NCBI GenBank assembly: GCA_964416235.1
Contig: CAYQDP010000001.1
Span: forward strand, 1-31,189
Length of the DNA: 31,189 bases
Source: an uncultured Flavobacteriaceae bacterium
GTDB taxonomy: Bacteria > Bacteroidota > Bacteroidia > B-17B0 > Aurantibacillaceae
Direction of reading: 5' to 3'
The notes below the pieces were generated by a model. The model saw only the letters and a list, made by a program, of their open reading frames with translations, ran no database searches and had not been told where the DNA came from. How positions within the stretch are numbered: the stretch's first letter is position 1; every line of letters begins with the position of its first letter. Shown here piece after piece: positions 16,041-23,878 of the stretch. Position numbers and translations under genes: made by a program.

Positions 16041-17649
16041 TTATATATTTTTAGGTTTAGCTTTTGTTTCGTTCGGACAAAAAACAAAATATACACACGC
16101 CGACTCCATTAAAGGTAAGATTACAAAAGAGCGAGAGTGGTGGAACGTACTGCATTATGATTTAAACGTTTCTTTTAATCCTTCTGACAGCAGCATTAGG
16201 GGACGAAATAAAATTACGTTTAGAGCATTAACGTCAGGAAAAACACTGCAAATCGATTTGCAGGCACCAATGGTGTTAGATAGTGTTTTACAGGCAGGAA
16301 AAAAATGTGTTTGGAAAAAAGATGGAGATGCTTATTTCGTTGAGTTGAACGTAGCCATTGACAAATCTATCACCGAAAACATCATTACGTATTTTCATGG
16401 CAAGCCGCATGTTGCAAAAATTCCACCATGGGACGGCGGTCTTATATGGAAAAAAGACAAGAACAAGAATCCGTGGATTTCGATTGCGTGTCAGGGCATG
16501 GCCGGAAGCGTTTGGTTTCCTTGCAAAGATCATATGTATGATGAACCCGACAGCACACGCTTTACAATTGAAAATGTTCCTGAAGGACTTGTTGCTGTTT
16601 CTAACGGTCGGCTTAAAGCGGCAAACGAAAACAGTAACGGAAGCGCAAGTTATATTTGGGAAGTTAAAAACCCTATCAACAATTATAACATCATTCCTTA
16701 TATTGGAAAGTACGTGTATTTTAGTGATACCATATTGGGCGAGAAGGGCGAACTAAAGTTAAACTACTGGGTATTGGATTACAACCTGGAAAAAGCCAAG
16801 CAACAATTTAAGCAAACGAAAAGCATGCTGCATTGTTTCGAGTATTGGTTTGGTCCTTATCCTTTTTATGAAGACGAGTATAAACTAGTGGAGGCGCCCC
16901 ATTTGGGAATGGAACATCAAAGCGCTGTAGCCTATGGAAACGGTTACGTAAATGGATATATGGGGCGCGATTTATCCTTAACGGGATGGGGACTTAAATG
17001 GGATTTTATTATTGTACACGAATCCGGGCACGAATGGTTTGGAAATAATATTTCGGTAAAAGATGTCGCAGATAATTGGGTACACGAAGGCTTTACAGCG
17101 TACTCCGAAAATTTATATACCGAATATTTGTTTGGAAAAAAAGCCGGGGCAGAATATGTAATCGGAACACGTAAAAGCGTAATGAACGACAAGCCTGTTA
17201 TTGGCGATTACGAAGTAAATAATGATGGTTCCGGAGACAAATATTATAAAGCCTCTAACATGCTACATACAATTCGTTATATTCTTAATAACGATTCAAT
17301 ATGGCGGGCTTTTTTGCGCGACATCAATAAAACATTCTATCACCAAACCGTTAGTTCCAAACAAGTAGAAGAGTTTATGATTTCATATTTGAAGTTGGAT
17401 TTACAAAAGGTGTTTGATCAATATCTTCGCACGACACAAATTCCGGTTCTTCAGTATAAATTAAAAAAGGGAAAACTAAGTTATCGTTGGGCAAATTGCG
17501 TGGAAGGGTTTAACATGCCGCTCAGAATTAATACTTCCAAAGGAAGTTTAATGCTCAAACCCACCACTCAGTTTCAGGACGTGAAAATTAAATCTACGGC
17601 TTTTGGTCCGGATGAAAATTATTATATAGAAATGGCGAAGATTAATTAA
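16024..17649 (+). CDS. M1 family zinc aminopeptidase, exported
   Basis: GMEHQS exopeptidase motif, HESGHEWFGN (HExxH), WVHEGF third ligand, YYKAS catalytic Tyr region, and a signal peptide. Confidence 0.92.
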   Translation: MRDFFIYIFLGLAFVSFGQKTKYTHADSIKGKITKEREWWNVLHYDLNVSFNPSDSSIRGRNKITFRALTSGKTLQIDLQAPMVLDSVLQAGKKCVWKKDGDAYFVELNVAIDKSITENIITYFHGKPHVAKIPPWDGGLIWKKDKNKNPWISIACQGMAGSVWFPCKDHMYDEPDSTRFTIENVPEGLVAVSNGRLKAANENSNGSASYIWEVKNPINNYNIIPYIGKYVYFSDTILGEKGELKLNYWVLDYNLEKAKQQFKQTKSMLHCFEYWFGPYPFYEDEYKLVEAPHLGMEHQSAVAYGNGYVNGYMGRDLSLTGWGLKWDFIIVHESGHEWFGNNISVKDVADNWVHEGFTAYSENLYTEYLFGKKAGAEYVIGTRKSVMNDKPVIGDYEVNNDGSGDKYYKASNMLHTIRYILNNDSIWRAFLRDINKTFYHQTVSSKQVEEFMISYLKLDLQKVFDQYLRTTQIPVLQYKLKKGKLSYRWANCVEGFNMPLRINTSKGSLMLKPTTQFQDVKIKSTAFGPDENYYIEMAKIN

Positions 17650-17650
17650 T

Positions 17651-17658
17651 TATCTTTG
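17651..17658 (+). promoter_or_regulatory. -7 promoter element (TATCTTTG)
   Basis: TAnnTTTG match 7 nt before the MFS ATG. Confidence 0.65.
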
Positions 17659-17665
17659 AACCCCT

Positions 17666-18883
17666 ATGGCAAATACAAATAAGAAAGCGATACTGTTTAT
17701 TTTCATTACACTTTTGGTTGATTGTACAGGAATCGGAATAATCATTCCGGTGGTTCCTTCCTTAATACAACAACTAACAGGCTCCAATGTTAGTGAGGCG
17801 GCGACTTATGGCGGGTGGTTAACCTTTGCTTATGCCATTATGCAATTTATTTTCTCTCCTGTTTTGGGGGGGCTTAGCGACCGTTATGGAAGAAGACCGG
17901 TGCTTTTAATTTCCTTATTAGGATTAGGAATTGATTACCTCTTTTTATTTTTTGCTCCGGATTTGTGGTGGTTATTTGTTGGACGAATAATCGCAGGTAT
18001 TTGCGGGGCAAGCTTCACAACAGCTTCAGCCTATATTGCAGACATAAGCACAGAAGAAAATCGTGCACAAAATTTCGGAATGATTGGAGCGGCTTTTGGA
18101 TTAGGATTTATAGTAGGACCATTATTAGGAAGTTTGTTCAGTAGTTTCGGTGTTCGCGTTCCGTTTTTAGCAGCAGCAGCATTGTCACTTTTAAATTGGG
18201 CTTATGGATATTTTATTTTACCTGAATCCTTATCTAAAGAAAACAGACGTCCCTTCGATTGGAAACGTGCCAACCCTTTAGGTTCATTACTGCATTTAAA
18301 AAAGTATCCGGCCATATTAGGTTTAATCCTGGCAATGGTATTAATATATATAGCCGGTCATGCCGCTCAATCAACCTGGACATTTTTTACCATTGAACGC
18401 TTTCACTGGAACGAGCAATGGATAGGATATTCTATTGCGTTTGTAGGTGTAACCGTTGCGCTTGTTCAAGGAGGATTGATTAGATACACTACAAAAATTT
18501 TGGGCACTAACAAGTCTGTTATTGTTGGATTGCTCTTTTACGTTATTGGGTTTACTTTATTTGCCTTTGCTTCACAAGGCTGGATGATGTTTGTGTTTAT
18601 GATTCCGTATGCTTTAGGTGGTATTGCGGGTCCGGCACTTCAAGGGTTAATGACCGGGCACGTTCCTTCTAATGAACAAGGCGAACTGCAAGGTGCTATT
18701 ACAAGCTTAGTAAGTTTAACATCCATTGTTGGTCCTTTATTAATGACGAGTCTGTTTTCGTTTTTTACCGCACAAGGCGCGCCATTTTATTTTCCCGGTG
18801 CTCCTTTTATGATGGGTGCCGTATTGTCTTTGTTAAGTGTTTTTATAACGGTTGGCGCCTTACGTAAATTTGCTGTAAAATAA
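17666..18883 (+). CDS. MFS transporter, TCR/Tet (DHA1) family
   Basis: Motif [14 protein letters not shown], motif [20 protein letters not shown], and about 12 hydrophobic segments. Substrate not determinable. Confidence 0.92.
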   Translation: MANTNKKAILFIFITLLVDCTGIGIIIPVVPSLIQQLTGSNVSEAATYGGWLTFAYAIMQFIFSPVLGGLSDRYGRRPVLLISLLGLGIDYLFLFFAPDLWWLFVGRIIAGICGASFTTASAYIADISTEENRAQNFGMIGAAFGLGFIVGPLLGSLFSSFGVRVPFLAAAALSLLNWAYGYFILPESLSKENRRPFDWKRANPLGSLLHLKKYPAILGLILAMVLIYIAGHAAQSTWTFFTIERFHWNEQWIGYSIAFVGVTVALVQGGLIRYTTKILGTNKSVIVGLLFYVIGFTLFAFASQGWMMFVFMIPYALGGIAGPALQGLMTGHVPSNEQGELQGAITSLVSLTSIVGPLLMTSLFSFFTAQGAPFYFPGAPFMMGAVLSLLSVFITVGALRKFAVK

Positions 18884-19025
18884 TTGTTAGATTTTCTTTG
18901 TTGTAAATTTTGTGTTAAACACAAATGATATTGTCTTGACTTCTTATTTACACTGTATTCAAATGGTGTGCCAATAAGTAATAAACAGGTAATTTTGATT
19001 TAAAGCCCAAACATCATTGCACAAG

Positions 19026-19033
19026 TAGTTTTG
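19026..19033 (+). promoter_or_regulatory. -7 promoter element (TAGTTTTG)
   Basis: TAnnTTTG match 17 nt before the ATG at 19051. Confidence 0.6.
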
Positions 19034-19050
19034 TCAAAAAACTTCTAACA

Positions 19051-20757
19051 ATGAAATCAAATTTACACAAATCAATTTTAAGCCTCGGCATCATTTGCGC
19101 AGGCGTATTAAATGCACAAACAACAGTAACCGGACCAAGCAGTACTCAATCGCCGTATTTGCTTCCTTCTACTCCTAACACAACTATTACATCTATCATG
19201 ACCGCAACGAATGTGGTTGGAACTTATACCGTGGCAGGATTAATGGATGGAATGGGCGCATACGATAACGGCGACGGAACCTTTACTGCTTTAATTAATC
19301 ATGAAATCGGAAACACCGTAGGATCTGTTAGAGCGCATGGTCATATAGGGGCTTTTGTTTCTAAGTGGGTAATCAATAAATCAAATTTGTCTGTTGTTAG
19401 TGGCAGCGATTTAATTCAAGGCCTTCAGTTGTGGAATGGTACGTCTTATACATTATACAACGCCAGCAACACTTCTACGTTGGCTCAAATTGGGAGATTG
19501 TGTTCGGCTGATTTACCTGCACAAACCGCTTTTTATAATAGCGCTACATCTAAAGGAACACAAAATAAAATCTTTTTAAGTGGAGAAGAAGTGGGTAACG
19601 AAGGAAGATGTTTTGCACATGTTGTAAGTGGACCTGATGCGGGGACATCATATCAGCTGCCTTATTTAGGCCGGTTCTCTTGGGAAAACGCCTTAGCATC
19701 ACCCGTAGCACAAGATAAAACGATTGTTGTTGGTTTAGATGATTCTTCTCCGGGACAAGTTTATGTTTATATCGGGAATAAAACGAACACAGGATTAGAT
19801 ATTGATAAAGCAGGATTAACAGGAGGAACTCTTTACGGAGTTGCTGTAACAGGAATGCCGGTAGAAACATCAACAATGGTTATTCCTACTAACACTACAT
19901 TTTCTTTGGTTAGTTTGGGTAACGTTTCAGCTGTTTCAGGCTCAACACTCAATGCAAATAGCATCAGCTCTAATGTAACAAACTTTCTTCGTCCCGAAGA
20001 TGGTGCATGGGATCCTTCAGCACCAAATGATTTTTATTTTGTTACGACCAATGGTTTCGGAAATCCAAGCAGAATGTATCGTTTGCGTTTTAATAATATT
20101 AATACCCCTGAGAATGGCGGAACAATAACCGCAGTGCTTGATGGTACTGAAGGACAGCAAATGATGGATAACCTGTGTATGGACGGAAACGGACACGTAT
20201 TAATTCAGGAAGACCCGGGAAACCAAGCGCACGTAGCAAAAATTTGGGAATATAACGTTGCGACAGACGCCTTAACACAATTAGCAACTCACGACGCTAC
20301 GCGCTTTGTTACAGGCGGAACAAATTTTTTAACGCAAGATGAAGAATCATCTGGAATTATTGATATGAATTCAATATTAGGACCTGGATGGTTTTTATTT
20401 GTTGATCAGGCACATTATTCTATTCCCGCTCCTGTTATGGAAGGCGGACAGCTTTTAGCTCTGTATAAGCCGGCATTGGCAACAGGAATAGCATCTAAGG
20501 AAAATGCTAATTCTTCGTTTAACTTGTACCCAAACCCTGCAGCAGACATTGTTACTATTGCATTAAATATAAGTCAACCTGAGCTTGCAAGCATTAAAGT
20601 GAAAGATGTTTCCGGACGCGTGATAGTTGAATTACAAAGCAAATCGTCAGAAAATGTTCTTAATATTAATACGGTTGATTTTTCAAACGGAATTTACATG
20701 GTTGAGGTAACGGCCGGAGATTTCATTATGCAGAAGAAACTGGTTGTTACACATTAA
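19051..20757 (+). CDS. PhoX/DUF839-like beta-propeller phosphatase with T9SS type A CTD
   Basis: Ordered motifs INHE, RLCSA, SGEE, RFSWENA, GLDD, RPEDG, MDNL, QEDPG and ESSGII parallel the PhoX metal-ligand motifs. Sec-type leader; LYPNP...NGIYMV...KKLVV CTD. Confidence 0.7.
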   Translation: MKSNLHKSILSLGIICAGVLNAQTTVTGPSSTQSPYLLPSTPNTTITSIMTATNVVGTYTVAGLMDGMGAYDNGDGTFTALINHEIGNTVGSVRAHGHIGAFVSKWVINKSNLSVVSGSDLIQGLQLWNGTSYTLYNASNTSTLAQIGRLCSADLPAQTAFYNSATSKGTQNKIFLSGEEVGNEGRCFAHVVSGPDAGTSYQLPYLGRFSWENALASPVAQDKTIVVGLDDSSPGQVYVYIGNKTNTGLDIDKAGLTGGTLYGVAVTGMPVETSTMVIPTNTTFSLVSLGNVSAVSGSTLNANSISSNVTNFLRPEDGAWDPSAPNDFYFVTTNGFGNPSRMYRLRFNNINTPENGGTITAVLDGTEGQQMMDNLCMDGNGHVLIQEDPGNQAHVAKIWEYNVATDALTQLATHDATRFVTGGTNFLTQDEESSGIIDMNSILGPGWFLFVDQAHYSIPAPVMEGGQLLALYKPALATGIASKENANSSFNLYPNPAADIVTIALNISQPELASIKVKDVSGRVIVELQSKSSENVLNINTVDFSNGIYMVEVTAGDFIMQKKLVVTH

Positions 20758-20778
20758 TAAAGCAATTTCTTTTTTTGA

Positions 20779-20806
20779 GCCGACCCCTAAAAAGGTCGGT
20801 TTTTTT
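20779..20806 (+). terminator. Intrinsic terminator
   Basis: GCCGACC-CCTAAAAA-GGTCGGT followed by a T run. Confidence 0.8.
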
Positions 20807-20897
20807 ATACCCTTTTTAAGGTATACACCCCAAGAAACCCAACAAGCATCTCTCAAAATACCTCGTTTTAGGTATTGGGTAACGAGCGCTCTAAAAA

Positions 20898-20905
20898 TAC
20901 TTTTG
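20898..20905 (+). promoter_or_regulatory. -7 promoter element (TACTTTTG)
   Basis: TAnnTTTG match; TTG at 20875-20877 gives a 20-nt spacer. Confidence 0.65.
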
Positions 20906-20923
20906 TGACGTAAATTAATTATA

Positions 20924-23131
20924 ATGAAGTCACGCAATATTTTTACCCTTTTTCTGATCTCTTTTAGTACTGTATCTGTTTTCTCGCAAGAAGACAGTGT
21001 AAAAACACTTAATCTTCCTGAAATCGAAATCAACCAAAAGCCTCTTAAAAATGAAATTGAACGAATGCCTGAAGTATTAGGCACATCAATTTATGCAGGA
21101 AAAAAGAACGAGGTTATTAAACTGGGAAACATTGACGCTGATTTATCTGTAAACAATTCACGTCAGGTTTTTGGAAAGGTGCCCGGTGTTACGGTGTGGG
21201 AAAATGATGGGTCAGGAATTCAAGTGGGTGTTTCAACAAGAGGATTAAGCCCTAATCGCTCTTGGGAATTTAACATCCGTCAAAACGGAGCCGACATAAG
21301 CGGTGAAACGTTTGGATATCCTGAAGCATATTATAGCCCGCCTTTAGAAGGAGTAGAACGCATTGAAGTAATTCGCGGCGCTGCATCTTTACAATATGGC
21401 CCGCAATTTGGAGGCTTATTAAACTATGTAATGAAAAAGGGTAACGCGTACAAGCCTTTGGTTTTTGAAACTCAACAAACATTTGGAACATACGGATTAT
21501 TTAATTCATACAACGCGTTAGGCGGAACGTATAAAAAAGTTTCTTATTATGCTTTTTTTCATCATCGTGGAGCTGATAGTTGGAGGGATAACAACCGTTA
21601 TACAATCAATGCCGGTTATGCGGCCATTAATTATTCCGTTACTTCTAAACTTAATATCGGAATTCAATATACGCGCAGTAGTTATTTAAGTCAGCAACCT
21701 GGCGGACTAACCGACTCGTTATTTAATGTTGATGCACAGCAATCTTTCCGTAAACGTAATTGGACTTCAGCGCCATGGAATGTGGCGACAGTTTATGCTG
21801 ACTATAATATTTCAGAGAATACAAAATTGAACATTAAATTATTTGGGGTGTTAGCCGAGAGAACAAATGTTGGATTTGTAAGAGCCATTAATATAGCTGA
21901 TACATTTAATACAAGCATAAAATCTTTTAATCCTCGCCAGGTAGACAGAGATTATTACAGCAATTATGGAGGAGAAATTCGTTTTTTACAAATGTATAAC
22001 TTGATGAAACAGAAGAGCGCATTAGCAGCCGGCGTACGTGTTTATCAAGGAAATATTTTACGACGTCAGCTGGGCGTAGGAACCACTGGAGATGATTACG
22101 ACGTAACCATTGCTTCACAATCTAATGGAAAAGATTTTTCTAAAGAATATAATTATAACACTGACAACATAGCTTTCTTTTTAGAAAACATGTTTAAAAT
22201 CGGAAAGCGTTTGAGCATCACTCCCGGTGTTCGTTACGAAATTATTAATTCATCTGCCAAAGGATATTTAAACACAAGTGCTACCGGAACTTTTACGCCT
22301 GTTAGTGAAAACAGAAATGTTGTTTTATTTGGAGCAGGAGCAGAATTTCAGACAACAAGTACAACAAATTTGTACGCGAATTTTAGTCAGTCATATCGCC
22401 CGGTTACATATTCTGAATTAACCCCTTCTGGAACAACAGATGTAGTTGATCCAAACTTAAAGGACGCAAGCGGATATAACATTGACGGTGGCTTCAGAGG
22501 GAAAATTAAGGATTACTTGAGTTTTGACATTGGAGGGTTTTATTTACTCTACGATAATAGAATAGGCACAATTACTCAAAATGGTTTACCGTTTAAGACA
22601 AATATTGGTACATCTGTTAGTCAGGGAGCGGAGGGCTTCGTTGAAATTGATCCAATTCGTGCGTTTACTGCAAACTCTCCTGTTGGATACATCACGTTGT
22701 ATGCTTCATACGCGTATGTAGACGCGAAGTATACCCGTTGGGATAACCCTGCTATTGCAAACGATCCTGCAAAATCAATTGTTGGTAAACGTGTTGAGTA
22801 CGCGCCACAGAATATTGGACGTTATGGAGCAACATATATTTATAAGAATATCTCTGCTACATTTCAGTTAAGTCAAGTTAGTGAGGTTTATTCTGATGCA
22901 GCGAACACTGAAAAATATAATCACGCAGCAACTGTAGGTGTTGTGCCGGCTTATATGGTAATGGATGCATCGTTAACAGTATTGTTTGCAAAAAAATACA
23001 ACTTAAAAGCCGGGGTGAATAACCTAAGCGATGAAAAATATTTTACCCGTCGTGCAGGAGGATACCCTGGCCCGGGCATTATGCCGGCTAATGGAAGAAC
23101 TATCTTCGTGAGTATTGGCGCAAAGATTTAA
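20924..23131 (+). CDS. TonB-dependent receptor, FecA-like
   Basis: Plug motifs RGLSPNRS and VERIEVIRGAASLQYG; C-terminal GVNNLSDEKYFTRR...GRTIFVSIGAKI beta-strand. Confidence 0.9.
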   Translation: MKSRNIFTLFLISFSTVSVFSQEDSVKTLNLPEIEINQKPLKNEIERMPEVLGTSIYAGKKNEVIKLGNIDADLSVNNSRQVFGKVPGVTVWENDGSGIQVGVSTRGLSPNRSWEFNIRQNGADISGETFGYPEAYYSPPLEGVERIEVIRGAASLQYGPQFGGLLNYVMKKGNAYKPLVFETQQTFGTYGLFNSYNALGGTYKKVSYYAFFHHRGADSWRDNNRYTINAGYAAINYSVTSKLNIGIQYTRSSYLSQQPGGLTDSLFNVDAQQSFRKRNWTSAPWNVATVYADYNISENTKLNIKLFGVLAERTNVGFVRAINIADTFNTSIKSFNPRQVDRDYYSNYGGEIRFLQMYNLMKQKSALAAGVRVYQGNILRRQLGVGTTGDDYDVTIASQSNGKDFSKEYNYNTDNIAFFLENMFKIGKRLSITPGVRYEIINSSAKGYLNTSATGTFTPVSENRNVVLFGAGAEFQTTSTTNLYANFSQSYRPVTYSELTPSGTTDVVDPNLKDASGYNIDGGFRGKIKDYLSFDIGGFYLLYDNRIGTITQNGLPFKTNIGTSVSQGAEGFVEIDPIRAFTANSPVGYITLYASYAYVDAKYTRWDNPAIANDPAKSIVGKRVEYAPQNIGRYGATYIYKNISATFQLSQVSEVYSDAANTEKYNHAATVGVVPAYMVMDASLTVLFAKKYNLKAGVNNLSDEKYFTRRAGGYPGPGIMPANGRTIFVSIGAKI

Positions 23132-23814
23132 TTTTTGCAAGCACAACCGGGTTTGTTACAACTCACCATTATTTTTTCGGCTACTTTTGAGGAAAGCACG
23201 GCATTCTCTCCATTTTTATATTTTACTTTTACAGAACCATCAAATAAAAATATTTTTTCTACACTCAACTTTTCATTAAGCCCTATTTTTAAATCGGTTA
23301 AATAATTCAAGAACTCAGCGCTGTCTTCATTTACGCCAAGCACTGTGCATTTACAACCTTCTACACTATTTAACAACGGGCGCCGTATACTTACCGGTAG
23401 CTTACCGCTTTTATCTGGTATTGGATCTCCGTGCGGATCAAACTTCGGCTCGCCGCTCAGCGTGTAAATTCTGTCAATCAATTTTTCGGAATTTACATTT
23501 TGTAATTGCTCCGCCATTTCGTGAACTTCATTCCAACCAAACTTACACACCTTGTGCAAAAAGGTTTCCCAAATCCTGTGTTTGCGGATAACGCTTAATG
23601 CCTCTTTCTCTCCATTACGCGTAAGTTGCGCGCCTTCAATCTTAGTGTATGTAATAAGTTTTTCTTTTACCAAAACCTGAAGCCTTTCGAGAACGGTTGG
23701 CGGTTTTAAATCGAGATAATAAGCCAAATCACTCAGACTAACTTTATTGTTTTTTTCGGTGTGACTAATGGCATAAATGGCTCGTAAATATTTTTGGTCG
23801 GATGTCTTTAACAT
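23128..23814 (-). CDS. DtxR/MntR-family metalloregulator with FeoA/SH3-like domain and degenerate primary metal site
   Basis: YLRAIY, HTH, RKHRIWETFL, EVHEMAEQL, DPHGDPIP, and a C-terminal FeoA-like domain. Confidence 0.92.
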   Translation of the reverse strand: MLKTSDQKYLRAIYAISHTEKNNKVSLSDLAYYLDLKPPTVLERLQVLVKEKLITYTKIEGAQLTRNGEKEALSVIRKHRIWETFLHKVCKFGWNEVHEMAEQLQNVNSEKLIDRIYTLSGEPKFDPHGDPIPDKSGKLPVSIRRPLLNSVEGCKCTVLGVNEDSAEFLNYLTDLKIGLNEKLSVEKIFLFDGSVKVKYKNGENAVLSSKVAEKIMVSCNKPGCACKN

Positions 23815-23818
23815 GGCA

Positions 23819-23826
23819 CAAAGATA
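23819..23826 (-). promoter_or_regulatory. -7 promoter element (TATCTTTG) of the DtxR-family gene
   Basis: TAnnTTTG match 4 nt before the ATG. Confidence 0.7.
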
Positions 23827-23831
23827 CCAAA

Positions 23832-23847
23832 ATTAGGTATACCTAAT
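23832..23847. promoter_or_regulatory. DtxR/MntR-type operator, perfect palindrome ATTAGGTATACCTAAT
   Basis: 16-bp perfect palindrome with TTAGGT...ACCTAA half-sites like known DtxR-family boxes, lying between divergent promoters. An extra half-site ATTAGGT is at 23854-23860. Confidence 0.85.
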
Positions 23848-23866
23848 AATAAAATTAGGTTCTTTG

Positions 23867-23874
23867 TATTTTTG
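23867..23874 (+). promoter_or_regulatory. -7 promoter element (TATTTTTG) of the second TonB receptor
   Basis: TAnnTTTG match 4 nt before the GTG at 23879. Confidence 0.65.
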
Positions 23875-23878
23875 CAAT

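Noticed and set aside
17666-18883. Tetracycline resistance gene
   Set aside because: Family motifs only indicate a DHA1/TCR-type MFS. There is no tetR neighbour or mobile context, and such genes are common chromosomal residents.
20816-20876. Second DtxR-type operator upstream of the FecA-like gene
   Set aside because: Best match is 9/16 (20816-20831), plus an everted half-site pair AATACCT-N6-AGGTATT. Too weak to call without a position-weight matrix or footprint.
20758-20923. Riboswitch (cobalamin/TPP) before the FecA-like receptor
   Set aside because: No conserved aptamer motifs, and the -7 box is only 18 nt from the ATG, leaving no room.
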